Notes: generated from the letters alone by a model not told the origin. 64,000 bases of DNA from an uncultured Candidatus Saccharibacteria bacterium (GCA_964482735.1 CAYZYV010000003.1:63097-127096); one strand, 5' to 3'. Counted from the first letter of the stretch, positions 18,302-30,187 are shown. A program made the numbers and translations.

Positions 18302-21300
18302 ATGAAAACTATTGATACAACAAATTTTGATTCAATCTCTCTTAAGCTAGCATCACCAGAAGCCATTCGTGAATGGTCTTATGGAGAGGTTACAAAACCT
18401 GAAACAATTAACTATCGAACAGGAAGATCCGAAAGAAACGGATTGTTCGACGAGAGAATCTTTGGTCCAGAAAAAGACTATGAATGTTACTGTGGTAAAT
18501 ATCGAAGAATTAGATATAAAGATATCGTTTGTGAAAAATGTGGAGTTGAGGTAACTAAATCAATTGTTAGACGAGAGAGAATGGGCCACATTGAATTATC
18601 TTCACCTGTTGCTCATATCTGGTTTTTGAGAGGAGTTCCTTCCAGGATGTCTATTCTTTTAAACATAACAGTTAGCGACCTAGAAAAAGTAATTTATTTT
18701 GCTGGTTATATAATCACTAATGTATACGAAGAAGAAAAAGAAAGCATAATCAAGAATCTTGAAAGTGAATTTAAATCAAAAATAAAAAGCACTAACTCAG
18801 AAGAAGATAAAGAAAAACTAAAAGAACTTTTGCTTAATGCGAAGAAGGAAATAGGAGAAATAGTACCTGGAAAAGTTCTAAATGAAATTGCATATCACCA
18901 TTTTGGACTAAAATATGGTAGTTGTTTTGAGGCTAATATTGGAGCTGAGGCAATTTACTCTTTGTTCAAAAATATGGATCTTGAAAAGGTTAAAGAAGAA
19001 ACAGAAACTCTGATAAAGAAGGCTTCTAGAATAGACAAGGAAAAACTAGAAAAGAGATTATCTTTAATTCGATCTATGATTAGATCTTCTATTAGGCCTG
19101 AGTGGATGTTCTTAACAGCAATTCCTGTTATACCTCCAGCTCTCCGCCCTATGGTGGCACTTGATGGTGGAAGACACGCCACTTCAGACTTGAATGATCT
19201 TTATCGAAGAGTAATCAACAGAAATAATCGTTTGAGAAAATTAAAAGAGATAGGAGCACCTGATGTTATCTTGAGAAACGAGAAAAGAATTCTTCAAGAA
19301 GCTGTTGATGCTTTAATAGATAACTCAATCGCTAAACAAAATGACTCTCAGGCAATTTCTTCTTCTCAAAAGAGGGCGTTGAAATCATTGTCTGATAACT
19401 TAAAGTCAAAACAAGGTTTGTTCAGACAAAATCTTCTTGGTAAACGTGTAGACTATTCTGGACGTTCTGTAATTGTTGTTGGACCAAAACTAAAATTGGA
19501 TCAATGTGGTTTGCCAAAACACATGGCACTAGAATTGTTTAGACCTTTCATTATTTCAAAACTATTAGAAACAGAGTTAGCCTTTAACATAAGAGGAGCT
19601 AACCGTTTGATAGAAGAAGGAATTCCAGAAGTTTGGGCAATATTGGAAGAAGTAATTAAGGGTAAATATGTTCTTTTGAACAGAGCTCCTACCTTGCACA
19701 GACTAGGTATCCAAGCTTTCAAACCTGTTTTAATTGAAGGAAATGCAATTCAAATACACCCACTTATCTGTAAAGGTTTCAACGCTGACTTCGACGGAGA
19801 CCAAATGGCAGTTTATGTTCCTCTTTCAGAAAAAGCACAATGGGAATCTAAAAACTACATGGCTTCCAATAAAAACCTTCTAAACCCACAAGATGGAGCA
19901 CCGATTGCTGTTCCTCGTTTGGATATTGTTCTAGGTTGTTACTGGATGACAAAAACAATGGAAGGAGAAAAAGGAGAAGGTATGTCATTTTCAAGTCCTA
20001 ACCAGGCCATCACTGCTTATGATTTAGGAGCGATTACCTTTAGAGCAAAAATAAAAGTAATTGGAAGTGAAGACAAAATAAAATATCAAGTTTTTGAAGG
20101 TAAACCTTTTGAAACTACAGTAGGACGATTATTCTTTAACAGTGTTCTTCCTGATGATTTTCCTTATATCAACGAAGAGATAACAGCAAAGAGAATCCAA
20201 AACTTAGTTGATGAAGTTGTTGCTAAATATGGAATAGATCGAACTCCTCAAATTCTAGACAAGATTAAAGACTTCGGATACAAATATCTAACTCTTTCTG
20301 GAATCACATGGGGTATTGATAATGTAAAAATATCAAAAGAAAAACCAGACATAGTAGCAAGATACAAAAAAGAAGAAGAAAACATAAGAGAAAAATATGA
20401 AGAGGGATTATTGTCTGAAAGTGAAAAGAGCCAAAAAATAATTGAAGTTTGGGAACAAGCACAAAAGGAATTAGAAAAACTAGCCCCTAAGAGTTTGGAT
20501 ATTAGAAGTTCCACGTACGATTTGATCATTTCAGGAGCAAGAGGTAATAGTTCTCAACTAGCTCAAATGTGCGGAATGAAAGGTATTATTATTAACACCT
20601 CTGGAGAAAGAATCGACTTTCCAATTATCCCATCTTATATTGAAGGATTATCTCCACTTGAATATTTCATTACCACCCACGGTGCTAGAAAAGGTACAGC
20701 CGACACAGCTTTGAACACAGCTAAAGCGGGTTACTTAACTCGTCGTTTGGTAGACGTTGCTCAAGATGTCGTAGTTACCGACGAAGACTGTGGAACAAAG
20801 AAAGGTAAAAGAATCTATTCAGAAGATGGTAATTTTGCAAAACTTATTAATGGAAGAGTTCTACTAGAGGACATCAAAGGATCGGATGGAAAAGTTTTGT
20901 ACAAAAAAGGAGAAATGATTAATAAGGAAGCTTCAAAAATAATCGAAAAAGAAGGAATAAAAGAAGCTTTTGTTAGAACTCCTTTAACTTGTGAGACAAT
21001 CCACGGTGTATGTCAAAAATGTTATGGTTTGGATATGGGGAGAAATACGATGATTGAAAAAGGCCAAGCTGTCGGTATTATTGCGGCTCAAGCTATCGGA
21101 GAACCTGGAACACAGCTTACACTTAGAACTTTCCACTCAGGAGGAGTTGCTACTGTTGACATCACGACAGGTCTTCCAAGAGTTGAGGAAATTTTTGAAA
21201 GAAGAATTCCTAAAAATCCAGCCGTTGTTGCTATGACAGATGGAGAAGTTATAGACATTAAAAGCGATGGAAAAGAAAAAATAATTAAAGTTTTATCTGA

Positions 21301-21940
21301 TTTAAAGGCAGACAATAAAGCAGGAACAAAAGCAGGAAACGAAGTTGAATATATTGTTCCTCCAAGAAGACAACCACTAGTAAAAATTGGGTCAAAAGTT
21401 CTAAAAGGAGATTTGTTAACAGATGGTTCTGCTGATATAAATGAAATTGTGAAATATGGCGGAGCAGAAAAAGCTGAGGAATACATAATAGATGAGGTTA
21501 ACAAGGTTTATGATCTTCAAGGTGTTTCTATTTGTCAAAAACACTTGGAAATTATTATCAGACAAATGTTTTCTAGAAAGAAAATAAAAGAAGCTGGTGA
21601 TACAACATTCTCTCCTGGAGAAATAGTTGAAAACGTAGAACTTATTGACGAAAATTCTCGAGTAGAAAAAGAAGGTGGTAAAAAAGCAGAAGCTGGAACT
21701 ATCGTTTTGGGTATATCAGAAGTTTCTCTAACAACCAAGAGCTGGTTATCAGCCGCTTCATTCCAAAATACAAACAGAGTCTTGATAAATAACGCTGTAA
21801 GAGGAGGAGTAGACAACCTAAGAGGGTTAAAAGAAAATGTTATTGTTGGAGGATTGATTCCAGCAGGTACTGGTTTTGGAATAAAAAGAATAGTTGAAAA
21901 AGAAGAAGTATATGAAGATGGTGAGTCGTTTGAAGAATAA
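18302..21940 (+). CDS. rpoC: RNA polymerase beta' subunit
   Basis: NADFDGDQM active site, Zn-finger, [12 protein letters not shown]. Confidence 0.99.
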   Translation: MKTIDTTNFDSISLKLASPEAIREWSYGEVTKPETINYRTGRSERNGLFDERIFGPEKDYECYCGKYRRIRYKDIVCEKCGVEVTKSIVRRERMGHIELSSPVAHIWFLRGVPSRMSILLNITVSDLEKVIYFAGYIITNVYEEEKESIIKNLESEFKSKIKSTNSEEDKEKLKELLLNAKKEIGEIVPGKVLNEIAYHHFGLKYGSCFEANIGAEAIYSLFKNMDLEKVKEETETLIKKASRIDKEKLEKRLSLIRSMIRSSIRPEWMFLTAIPVIPPALRPMVALDGGRHATSDLNDLYRRVINRNNRLRKLKEIGAPDVILRNEKRILQEAVDALIDNSIAKQNDSQAISSSQKRALKSLSDNLKSKQGLFRQNLLGKRVDYSGRSVIVVGPKLKLDQCGLPKHMALELFRPFIISKLLETELAFNIRGANRLIEEGIPEVWAILEEVIKGKYVLLNRAPTLHRLGIQAFKPVLIEGNAIQIHPLICKGFNADFDGDQMAVYVPLSEKAQWESKNYMASNKNLLNPQDGAPIAVPRLDIVLGCYWMTKTMEGEKGEGMSFSSPNQAITAYDLGAITFRAKIKVIGSEDKIKYQVFEGKPFETTVGRLFFNSVLPDDFPYINEEITAKRIQNLVDEVVAKYGIDRTPQILDKIKDFGYKYLTLSGITWGIDNVKISKEKPDIVARYKKEEENIREKYEEGLLSESEKSQKIIEVWEQAQKELEKLAPKSLDIRSSTYDLIISGARGNSSQLAQMCGMKGIIINTSGERIDFPIIPSYIEGLSPLEYFITTHGARKGTADTALNTAKAGYLTRRLVDVAQDVVVTDEDCGTKKGKRIYSEDGNFAKLINGRVLLEDIKGSDGKVLYKKGEMINKEASKIIEKEGIKEAFVRTPLTCETIHGVCQKCYGLDMGRNTMIEKGQAVGIIAAQAIGEPGTQLTLRTFHSGGVATVDITTGLPRVEEIFERRIPKNPAVVAMTDGEVIDIKSDGKEKIIKVLSDLKADNKAGTKAGNEVEYIVPPRRQPLVKIGSKVLKGDLLTDGSADINEIVKYGGAEKAEEYIIDEVNKVYDLQGVSICQKHLEIIIRQMFSRKKIKEAGDTTFSPGEIVENVELIDENSRVEKEGGKKAEAGTIVLGISEVSLTTKSWLSAASFQNTNRVLINNAVRGGVDNLRGLKENVIVGGLIPAGTGFGIKRIVEKEEVYEDGESFEE

Positions 21941-21957
21941 TTCAAACAAAAATAAAA

Positions 21958-23721
21958 ATGAACGACCTTGTTCAAAAAATTAAAGAAAGACTATCTATAG
22001 TAGACGTCGCTTCTTCTTACCTAAAACTGGAAAAAGCAGGTAAGAACTATAAAGCCAGGTGTCCTTTTCATAATGAAAAAACACCATCCTTTTTCATCTC
22101 TCCAGAAAGAAACTCGTACTACTGTTTTGGCTGTAATGCAAAAGGGGATATCTTTTCCTTCGTAGAACATTTTGAGGGCACTGATTTTATCGGTGCCCTC
22201 AAAGTGTTGGCCGAAAGAGCAGGTTTGCCGTTTAGCTTAAATAACAGCAACGATGAGACTTCTGTTCTTTACAAAATAATGGATGAGGCTACAAAGTTTT
22301 TTGAAGATAATTTATCAAAAAATAAAGAGGCATTAGATTATTTAATTAAAAGAGGTTTGAAAAAAAATTCAATTTCAAACTTTCGTATAGGTTACGCCAA
22401 AGAAGAGTGGGGAAGTTTGAATGATTATTTGCTGAAAAAAGGTTTTAAAACCAAAGACCTTGAATCGGTTGGTCTAATTAAAAAGAGTCAAAGTGGAAAT
22501 CGATATTATGACAGATTTAGAGGGCGAATTATGTTTCCGATTAGTGATTCGTCTGGCAGAGTCATAGCTTTCTCGGGGAGATTCTTTAAAAAGGTAAATG
22601 AAGGTTCGGAGATAGAAGAAGCAAAGTATATAAATAGCCCAGACACACCTCTTTATAACAAATCGAATGTTCTTTATGGTTTGGATAAAGCCAAGAGTAC
22701 TATCCGTAGTCGAGACTATACTATTGTCGTAGAAGGGCAAATGGATCTTATCTTGTCTCATCAGATAGGTTTTACTAATACTGTAGCAGTTTCCGGTACT
22801 GCTTTTACTGACTCAACAAAAAACAATGAAGATAAAATTAATAATCTTGGACTAGTTAAAAGATTATCTTCCAATGTAATTTTTGCCTACGACGGAGACG
22901 ATGCAGGGATAAGGGCAGCTTATAGATCCAGTATGATTGCTTTATCTTTGGATATGCAAGTCAAAATAGCTTTTACTAGAGATGGTAAGGATCCAGCCGA
23001 TACTATTTTAGAGGGTCAAGAAAAGTGGAAGAATATAATAAAAAATTCTACAGACACTATCCATTTTATTTTGAAAGATATTTGTGAAAAAACAGACAAT
23101 AAAGAAAAAAGACGCAACCAGATAGAAGAGAAAATTTTTCCATTTCTAGTAATGATAACTAGCTCAATCAAAAGGTCTAATTATATAAAAGATATATATG
23201 AAAAAACAGGGATTCAAGAGGAGGCTATAATTAGAGATTTTAGAGATTATGAAAAAAAACAAGGGAATAAGGTTATCTTAGAAAACGGGGTAATACAAGA
23301 AAAAGATAAACCAAATTCTAGACAAGATAGTTTAAGCAAGAGATTATTCGCTATTTTGTTTTGGGAAGGGGAAAGCGAAGTAGATAAAGAGGTAATTAAA
23401 AAAACAAAGAATGATTTTATTAAATCGATTGGACAGGAAGAGTTTGAAAAAATGCAAAATCTTTACGAACCATTTTCAGAAAATTTGATCTATGAAGCTG
23501 AAAAATGGTATGAAAATAAGGACAATTTGCTAGATAAGGATATAGAGGAAATTGTTTTAAATCTTGAAGAAGAAATTTTAAATAATCAGTTGTATCTATT
23601 ATTTATAAATATAAAAGAAAAAGAAAAAAGTGGTAAAAAAGAAGAGTTAGAACAAGAACTTATTAATTATCAAAAAATAGTCGAAAAAATAGAAAGTATT
23701 AAAAACCTTCGTATAAAATAA
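21958..23721 (+). CDS. dnaG: DNA primase
   Basis: [11 protein letters not shown] Zn-finger, [21 protein letters not shown]. Confidence 0.97.
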   Translation: MNDLVQKIKERLSIVDVASSYLKLEKAGKNYKARCPFHNEKTPSFFISPERNSYYCFGCNAKGDIFSFVEHFEGTDFIGALKVLAERAGLPFSLNNSNDETSVLYKIMDEATKFFEDNLSKNKEALDYLIKRGLKKNSISNFRIGYAKEEWGSLNDYLLKKGFKTKDLESVGLIKKSQSGNRYYDRFRGRIMFPISDSSGRVIAFSGRFFKKVNEGSEIEEAKYINSPDTPLYNKSNVLYGLDKAKSTIRSRDYTIVVEGQMDLILSHQIGFTNTVAVSGTAFTDSTKNNEDKINNLGLVKRLSSNVIFAYDGDDAGIRAAYRSSMIALSLDMQVKIAFTRDGKDPADTILEGQEKWKNIIKNSTDTIHFILKDICEKTDNKEKRRNQIEEKIFPFLVMITSSIKRSNYIKDIYEKTGIQEEAIIRDFRDYEKKQGNKVILENGVIQEKDKPNSRQDSLSKRLFAILFWEGESEVDKEVIKKTKNDFIKSIGQEEFEKMQNLYEPFSENLIYEAEKWYENKDNLLDKDIEEIVLNLEEEILNNQLYLLFINIKEKEKSGKKEELEQELINYQKIVEKIESIKNLRIK

Positions 23722-23725
23722 AAAT

Positions 23726-25069
23726 ATGCCAAACAAAAAAACTCAAACTAAAAAATCGAAATCTAAGACAACAAAAAAAGTTACAAAGACTATAAAAAAG
23801 CCTGTAAAAAAACCAGTTGCTAAGAAAAAAATTGTTAAGGTAAAAAAAGTTAAAAAGGTTACACCTAAAAAGGTTGTATTAAAAAAGGTAAAAAAACCAG
23901 TCCTTAAAACAAAAAAAAGTGTTACAAAACAAAAAGCTAAGCCGGCCGTAATTAAAAAGGCCGTTGAGCCAAAAACCAAAATTTCGGCTGACAAGAAGGC
24001 TTTAGAAATGGAAGCCAAATCAAATCTTATAATTGAAAAAGGTAAAAAGAGAGGTTTTATTACTTATGATGAAATAATAAAAATCTTCCCTGATATTGAA
24101 GATAACGTTTTATTCTTAGATGAACTTTATGAGAAATTAACAGTGGCAGGTATCGATGTCTTGGAAGGAGGAAATTTATTAGATATAGATGAAGATTTAA
24201 ATAAGATAGCTCAGAAATACAGCAAGGACTCTCCTTCTTATGATTCTATTCAGATTTATTTAAAAGAAATAGGGCAATATCCTCTTATTCCTGCTAGCGA
24301 AGAAAGAAGCTTGGCTTATAGAATAGAAAAAGGAGATCAAGAAGCAAAAAATTTATTAGCAAGAGCTAACTTAAGATTGGTAGTTGCAATAGCTAAAAAG
24401 TATGTAGGGAGAAGCTCTGATTTAACACTGCTTGATTTAATTCAAGAGGGGAACTTGGGTTTGTTTAAGGCCGTAGAAAAATTCGATTGGTCCAAAGGAT
24501 TTAAATTTTCTACATATGCGACTTGGTGGATTAGACAATCTATCACTAGAGCATTAGCAGATCAATCTAGAACAATCAGAATTCCTGTTCACATGGTGGA
24601 AACAATTTCCAAATATAAACAGGTAGTTAGAAGACTGTCTCAGGATCTAGGAAGAGAACCATTAATAGAAGAAATAGCTTCTGAGATGAACCTTGATATA
24701 GAGAAAATTCATGTCATAGAACAAATTAATCAAGATACTGTTTCTTTGGAACAACCTATTGGAGATGATGATGAAAAGTCTACTCGTGGAGAATTAATTG
24801 CTGATGATAAAATCTTGAGACCAGATCAAGAAACTTCTAGACGAATTTTGTCAGATCAAATAAAAGAAGTCTTAGACACTCTTAATCCAAAAGAAAGAAA
24901 AATACTCGAATTACGCTATGGTTTAAATGATGGAATTCAACATACCCTTGAAGAAGTTGGCCAAGAGTTTGGGGTGACAAGAGAAAGAATAAGACAAATA
25001 GAAGCAAAGGTGCATGAAAAACTAAGAAATAATGATAAGATAATTAGGCTTAGAAATTATTTTGATTAG
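23726..25069 (+). CDS. rpoD: Primary sigma factor with Lys-rich N-terminal extension
   Basis: [37 protein letters not shown]. Confidence 0.96.
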   Translation: MPNKKTQTKKSKSKTTKKVTKTIKKPVKKPVAKKKIVKVKKVKKVTPKKVVLKKVKKPVLKTKKSVTKQKAKPAVIKKAVEPKTKISADKKALEMEAKSNLIIEKGKKRGFITYDEIIKIFPDIEDNVLFLDELYEKLTVAGIDVLEGGNLLDIDEDLNKIAQKYSKDSPSYDSIQIYLKEIGQYPLIPASEERSLAYRIEKGDQEAKNLLARANLRLVVAIAKKYVGRSSDLTLLDLIQEGNLGLFKAVEKFDWSKGFKFSTYATWWIRQSITRALADQSRTIRIPVHMVETISKYKQVVRRLSQDLGREPLIEEIASEMNLDIEKIHVIEQINQDTVSLEQPIGDDDEKSTRGELIADDKILRPDQETSRRILSDQIKEVLDTLNPKERKILELRYGLNDGIQHTLEEVGQEFGVTRERIRQIEAKVHEKLRNNDKIIRLRNYFD

Positions 25070-25113
25070 CATTAAATTAAAAAACCCTCGATTGAGGGTT
25101 TTTTAATTTAATG
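25070..25113. terminator. Bidirectional terminator with 20-bp perfect arms
   Basis: cattaaattaaaaaaccctc-gatt-gagggttttttaatttaatg. Confidence 0.88.
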
Positions 25114-25116
25114 TTT

Positions 25117-25815
25117 TTATAAACTTTCAGTAAAGGATTTTTGCTCTGCTGGTTTGTTCGAATCAAAAATTAGTTTAGAGTATTTCCAAAAGGCGTCATT
25201 ACCTTTTATTTTAGCTACACATTCACCAACCATAGCTTTAGTCAAAGAGTCTTGTCCTAGTATAGGCATGTGTCTGAATGTCCATGAGACTTGTCCTTCT
25301 GATTCATTAACCACCTGCTCTAAGATAGAGTGAACTTTATTACAATAGCCACACTGATAGTCTGAGTATTCAATAATTTTAATAGGAGCTTTAGGGTTTC
25401 CATAAACGTGATCTCCTTCTTCATTTAACTCGATACCGCCTTCGTATGGTGTAGCTACACTTCCATTAGACATGTCGCTAATTATTTGTTTGAAATGTTC
25501 ATAAGTTTCAGCTCCTCGTACTTCAGTTTTGAGTCCATTGTCTGAAGCTATAACCATATAAGGAGTACCAAAACCTTCTAGATTGGTTGCTTTTGAGACA
25601 CTTGCAACAAACTTATTAGAAAGTTCCTCAGCGTTTAATCCCGTTAAACACTCAGTAATCTTTTCCTTAGAAATACCTAATTGTTGAGAAAGAGTTTTTT
25701 CTTTTTTCTCCACATTAACACCTCCTGATAATATTATTCCCACCATGACTAAAAACCCTGCAACTATAATAGCCATAGGGGTAGTTATTTTTACTTGTTT
25801 TTCTTCTTTTTGCAT
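25117..25815 (-). CDS. Membrane-anchored DsbA-like oxidoreductase, apparently circularly permuted
   Basis: DHVYGNPKAPIKIIEYSDYQCGYC, FRHMP; the GTP...GAETYEHFK block precedes the CxxC block. Confidence 0.85.
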   Translation of the reverse strand: MQKEEKQVKITTPMAIIVAGFLVMVGIILSGGVNVEKKEKTLSQQLGISKEKITECLTGLNAEELSNKFVASVSKATNLEGFGTPYMVIASDNGLKTEVRGAETYEHFKQIISDMSNGSVATPYEGGIELNEEGDHVYGNPKAPIKIIEYSDYQCGYCNKVHSILEQVVNESEGQVSWTFRHMPILGQDSLTKAMVGECVAKIKGNDAFWKYSKLIFDSNKPAEQKSFTESL

Positions 25816-25901
25816 TCCTTAATTTTAACACATATTAAAAATAAAGCTAATTTGTTAGGGCATTGAAAAATAAGCATAAATATGGTATATTTGAATTCGT
25901 A

Positions 25902-27176
25902 ATGAACGGGGTTTATAGCACAATTTTTTATGTTTTTTCCTTTATAGCTGTATATATACAGATATTTTTTTTAGTGACATTTTTAGAAAAAAGAAAAAAG
26001 ATATATAAAAATCCTCCCGTTTTAGAGCTCAAATCTTACCCAACCGTTACTGTAGTTGTGCCTTGTTATAACGAAGCAGCGACAATCGACAAAACTGTTG
26101 CATCCTTATTAGAAATGGATTATCCAAAAGATAAGCTTAAACTCTTTTTGATTGATGATGGTAGTAAGGATAACACATGGGAAATAATAAAAAAATATGA
26201 CAATGGAGAAAACATTTTTTCATTTACCAAGCAAAACGGTGGTAAACACACTGCTCTAAATTTTGCTTTAGAAAAGCAAAATTCTGAATTTTTTGGTTGT
26301 CTAGATTCTGACTCACTAGTTCATCCTCAAGCTTTAAAAAGAATAATGGGATATTTTGAAAGAGATCCTAGAACTATGGCTGTTTGCCCATCGATAATAG
26401 TTTATAACCCAAAAAACTTTATTCAACATGCTCAAAGTATAGAATATGACATGAGTATTTATACAAAAAAGATGCTCGGTTTTATGGGTGGAATACACGT
26501 TACTCCTGGACCGTTTTCTATTTTTAAAACTAAGGTTTTTGACGAACTAGGTCCATATCGAAAAGCTCACAATACTGAAGATCAAGAGATAGCACTTCGA
26601 ATGCAGGAGCATGGTTACAAGATAGATCATTGTCCAGATGCCTATGTATACACAAGTACCCCAAATACTGTTGTGAAGTTGTACAAGCAAAGATTAAGAT
26701 GGATATACGGTTTTATTAAGAATTTAATAGACTATAGACGTTTATTATTTAAAAAGAAATATGGAACAGTTGCACTCTTTACTCTTCCGTCAGGACTTGT
26801 TGGGGTTATAGGGGTTGTCTTTCTTTTTGTAAATGTTACTTGGAATATAATTAGATTTTTCAGGGAGAAAATTATAGAAATTCAAACTGTAGGGTGGGGT
26901 AATCTCTTTAAGTTTGGTGGCTTTAATTTTGATTGGTTTTTCTTTAATACAAAAGCAGTGTTGTTCTTTTCTCTAACAATGTATATACTAATAGTGATAT
27001 CATTGCTGTTGGGTAGAAAGTTGGCTGAAAACAAAACTGGCTTTCCGGTATCAATATTTTATTATTTTATAATTTATAGTGTTGTCGCTCCTTTTTGGAT
27101 GTTGAGGGCTTTATATAATGCCATCATATCTAAGGAATCAAGCTGGACGCTTGAAAGAAGAGTGAAAACAAAATAG
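25902..27176 (+). CDS. Processive GT2 glycosyltransferase (cellulose/poly-GlcNAc synthase-like)
   Basis: VVVPCYNE, DDGSKD, DSD, TED, QRLRW and TM helices. Confidence 0.9.
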   Translation: MNGVYSTIFYVFSFIAVYIQIFFLVTFLEKRKKIYKNPPVLELKSYPTVTVVVPCYNEAATIDKTVASLLEMDYPKDKLKLFLIDDGSKDNTWEIIKKYDNGENIFSFTKQNGGKHTALNFALEKQNSEFFGCLDSDSLVHPQALKRIMGYFERDPRTMAVCPSIIVYNPKNFIQHAQSIEYDMSIYTKKMLGFMGGIHVTPGPFSIFKTKVFDELGPYRKAHNTEDQEIALRMQEHGYKIDHCPDAYVYTSTPNTVVKLYKQRLRWIYGFIKNLIDYRRLLFKKKYGTVALFTLPSGLVGVIGVVFLFVNVTWNIIRFFREKIIEIQTVGWGNLFKFGGFNFDWFFFNTKAVLFFSLTMYILIVISLLLGRKLAENKTGFPVSIFYYFIIYSVVAPFWMLRALYNAIISKESSWTLERRVKTK

Positions 27177-27183
27177 TTTTTAT

Positions 27184-27891
27184 ATGGAAAACACAGAACA
27201 TCATCACGAACCAAATGATTGGAAAAAATATACGATAGTCTTATTTATAACGCTTACGATTTTTATATCTGGACTATGGTTTTCAAATCATTTAAATAGC
27301 AAGAAAATAGCTCAGTTGAAATCTATAGAAAGTACGATATCTTTAGACTTGCTTTCTTCTGAAGTGCAGTATTCGTTGCTTGAGGAACAGTCTTGTAAAG
27401 ATATTTCAAACTCAGTTCTATCCAAAGAGTTGAACTCATTAGCAGATAAAATTTCTTACAGTGAAAGTAATATCGGAGTAGACAACACTGATGTAGTTAG
27501 TCTAAAGAAATACTATTCTCTACTAGAGATTAAAGATTATCTTTTAATGAAAAAGATAACAGAGAGATGTGGAGAGAAATCTATTTTTGTTCTCTATTTC
27601 TATAAAAATGACAACTGTGAAGAATGTACTAAACAAGGATATGTATTAACTACCTTAAGAGAAAAATATCCTAACTTACGCGTATATTCTTTTGACTACA
27701 AACTAGATAATCCTGCAATTAAGGCTATGATTTCTATATATAAAGTTCCAGATAATCTCCCAGCCTTGGTTATTAATGGTAAGGTTCATAGTGGATTTAA
27801 GAGTATAGAAGAAATAGAAAAGACCTTTCCTGAACTTGAAAAAAGCGCCAAAGATACATCTTCTAAGGTGAAGACAACAACTAAAAAATAA
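27184..27891 (+). CDS. Membrane-anchored protein with C-terminal thioredoxin-like domain
   Basis: N-terminal TM; YFYKNDNCEEC; LPALVING. Confidence 0.65.
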   Translation: MENTEHHHEPNDWKKYTIVLFITLTIFISGLWFSNHLNSKKIAQLKSIESTISLDLLSSEVQYSLLEEQSCKDISNSVLSKELNSLADKISYSESNIGVDNTDVVSLKKYYSLLEIKDYLLMKKITERCGEKSIFVLYFYKNDNCEECTKQGYVLTTLREKYPNLRVYSFDYKLDNPAIKAMISIYKVPDNLPALVINGKVHSGFKSIEEIEKTFPELEKSAKDTSSKVKTTTKK

Positions 27892-27930
27892 AAAAATGAA
27901 AACCCTCAATACTGAGGGTTTTCATTTTTT
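27891..27930. terminator. Bidirectional terminator
   Basis: aaaaaatgaaaaccctca-atac-tgagggttttcatttttt. Confidence 0.85.
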
Positions 27931-27936
27931 ATGTAT

Positions 27937-28165
27937 AGTCGCCTTAGAGACTCGAACGTGAGGAAGCCTCTTCGCTTTAGTTATGCTTTGACATAACCTA
28001 TATGTTTAATAATGAACTGCTTAACAGGCTTAAACAGAGAAGCCCTTCACTTTAGTTATGCTTTGACATAACCTATATACTTGTTATTGAGCCGCTTCAG
28101 AGACTCGAAGGTGAGGAAGCACTTCGCTTTAGTTATGCTTTGACATAACCTATATTTTTTTACTG
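27937..28165 (-). repeat. Three tandem ~76-bp units: degenerate tRNA-Thr 3' half plus an invariant 29-bp hairpin repeat
   Basis: ctttagttatgctttgacataacctatat is identical at 27975, 28050 and 28127; intervening parts resemble gagccgctt..agactcgaa..tgagga..cttcg. Confidence 0.9.
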
Positions 28166-28238
28166 AGCCGCTTCTCAGACTCGAACTGAGGACCTTCGCT
28201 TTACAAAAGCGTTGCTCTACCAACTGAGCTAAAGCGGC
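28166..28238 (-). tRNA. tRNA-Thr(TGT)
   Basis: GCCGCTT acceptor, TAGCTCAGTTGGTAGAGC D-arm, TGT anticodon, GTTCGAGT T-loop. Confidence 0.95.
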
Positions 28239-28288
28239 ATAATTTTTAATTCGTTTATATATTAACCGAATTAAAAATTTTTTTCAAG

Positions 28289-28681
28289 TTAATCGTCACT
28301 TACTTCCTTTTCTATTCTTTCTTTTATCCTGCGTATTTTAATTTTGGATTCAAGGATTGCTTTGCCTACAAAAGTTTTCTTTGTGCTCTCTTTCTTCTCA
28401 AAGAATTTGTGTATTCTAGGAGAATTTTTTTGAATCCATTTGTTAGTCTTTGCTTTTATTTTGAACCAACATTTAGCTCCGGATAAGATCAACCATTGAA
28501 CTATATGCTTGGTCAAATATAGCATAATCTTTTCAATATGTCGAAAATATAGTTCAGGTGGTAATTTTCTCTGAGCAGAAAACTTATCCTTTTCAGCTTT
28601 GTCTATTTGCCAAGCTCTATAATATAGCATACCAGCTAGAGCCACGGTAGATAGAATGAAGATTACGATTAAAATAGTCAT
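28289..28681 (-). CDS. Hypothetical membrane protein
   Basis: 130-aa ORF with N-terminal TM, directly downstream of tsf. Confidence 0.7.
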   Translation of the reverse strand: MTILIVIFILSTVALAGMLYYRAWQIDKAEKDKFSAQRKLPPELYFRHIEKIMLYLTKHIVQWLILSGAKCWFKIKAKTNKWIQKNSPRIHKFFEKKESTKKTFVGKAILESKIKIRRIKERIEKEVSDD

Positions 28682-28686
28682 ATTGC

Positions 28687-29469
28687 TTAGTTTATAGCTT
28701 CAGCTATAAAAGAATTTAGTTTAGCGTTATTTGTTTCTAGGAGCTTTTCTACCGTTATTTCGCTATTCTTTATATATGACTGGCTCATTAATGTGATTTC
28801 AGAGAAATAAGTGTTGATTTTACCGTCTAACATTTTTTTCTTTATCTCTTCTGGTTTGTCTGAAGAAGCAACTTCTTTTTCGTATACTTCTATAACTTTC
28901 TTTTTGTCTTCCTCTGTAATATCTTCTTTTTTAATATAAACAGGTTTCATTGCTGCGATATGCATTGCTATATCTCTAGCTAGTTCTTTGCTTCCTCCAG
29001 TAAGAGATACAACAACTGCGTTTTTTGTACTGTGAGCGTAAACGCCGATAACTTCTCCGGTAATTTCCTCAATTTTTCCGAGTTCAATTTTTTCTCCAAC
29101 TTTTTGTACAACCTCACTAATTATTTCAGGAGATTTTGCTTTCATACTTTCGACTCCTTCTGACATTGCCATATCTGCTAATTTGTTAGCAAGATTAATA
29201 AAATCTTCGTTTTTGGCCACAAAGTCAGTTTCAGTTCTAAGGCTAAACAAAAGGGCTTTTCCGTCTGACTCTTTAACTAAAACCAATCCATCCTTAGCAT
29301 TTCTTTCTTCTTTTTTTAGGGCGATACTGCTAGATTTATTCTTAAGAATAATCAAAGCTTTTTCCATGTCTCCCTCTGCTTCTTCTAAGGCATTTTTACA
29401 TTGCATAACAGAAACTCCTGTTCTGTCTCTTAATTCTTTAACTAATTCTGCGGTTATTTGTATAGTCAT
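28687..29469 (-). CDS. tsf: Elongation factor Ts
   Basis: LVKELRDRTGVSVMQCKNAL, ETDFVAKN, IAMHIAA. Confidence 0.97.
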   Translation of the reverse strand: MTIQITAELVKELRDRTGVSVMQCKNALEEAEGDMEKALIILKNKSSSIALKKEERNAKDGLVLVKESDGKALLFSLRTETDFVAKNEDFINLANKLADMAMSEGVESMKAKSPEIISEVVQKVGEKIELGKIEEITGEVIGVYAHSTKNAVVVSLTGGSKELARDIAMHIAAMKPVYIKKEDITEEDKKKVIEVYEKEVASSDKPEEIKKKMLDGKINTYFSEITLMSQSYIKNSEITVEKLLETNNAKLNSFIAEAIN

Positions 29470-29494
29470 ATTTTTTAAAAATTAACTAATAATT

Positions 29495-30187
29495 CTATTT
29501 TAAACCTTGAGAACCTTTTGTATAAGCTTCTTTAATTTTATTTAAAAAGAAAGTTATACTTGAAACAGAAGCATCGTTAGCTACGATAGGGTAACCAACT
29601 TCTCTTAAGTTGCAGTCAGTATTTAATATAGCAATTACTGGCAATCCCATTTTTTGAGCCTCAGTAACAGCGATTGCTTCTTTTTTAGGATCTATAACAA
29701 CTACAGCATCAGGGGTTTTGGTAATAGAAGTAAGACCTTGGAAATTCTTTGTCATATCTTCCATTTCTTTTGCGATAAGTAACTTTTCTTTTTTTGTATA
29801 TTTATCTAAATCTCCTTTTTCTTTTTGAGATCTTAAATCTAGCAATTTAGTGATTCTTTTTCTAATTTCTGGATAATTAGTTAAAGTTCCACCAACCCAT
29901 CTTTCAGAGATGTATGGCATGTTAAGAGACAATGCTGTCTCTACTATTTGTTGTCTAGCTTCAGGTTTTGTACCGATAAATAAAATAGTTTTACCAGAAG
30001 AAGCTAGCCCTGATATAAATTCAGTTGCTTTATCAAGTAAGATTTCTGTTTTTTCGATATTTATTATATCTACTCCATTTTTAGTAGTGAAGATATAAGG
30101 TAAAACAGAAGGGTGTCGACGACTTTTGGAGTATCCATAGTGTACTCCTGATTGAAACATTTCTTCTACAATATTTTGTGAACTCAT
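29495..30187 (-). CDS. rpsB: 30S ribosomal protein S2
   Basis: GVHYG, RWVGGTLTN, ANDAS. Confidence 0.97.
   Translation of the reverse strand: MSSQNIVEEMFQSGVHYGYSKSRRHPSVLPYIFTTKNGVDIINIEKTEILLDKATEFISGLASSGKTILFIGTKPEARQQIVETALSLNMPYISERWVGGTLTNYPEIRKRITKLLDLRSQKEKGDLDKYTKKEKLLIAKEMEDMTKNFQGLTSITKTPDAVVVIDPKKEAIAVTEAQKMGLPVIAILNTDCNLREVGYPIVANDASVSSITFFLNKIKEAYTKGSQGLK

Noticed and set aside
23726-23990. Lys-rich RpoD N-terminus as a separate histone-like gene
   Set aside because: It is in frame with rpoD; such basic extensions are common on primary sigma factors
27975-28155. CRISPR array (3 x 29-bp repeats with 46-48-bp spacers)
   Set aside because: The spacers resemble each other and the adjacent tRNA-Thr 3' half, and there are no cas genes; reported as a tRNA-derived array instead
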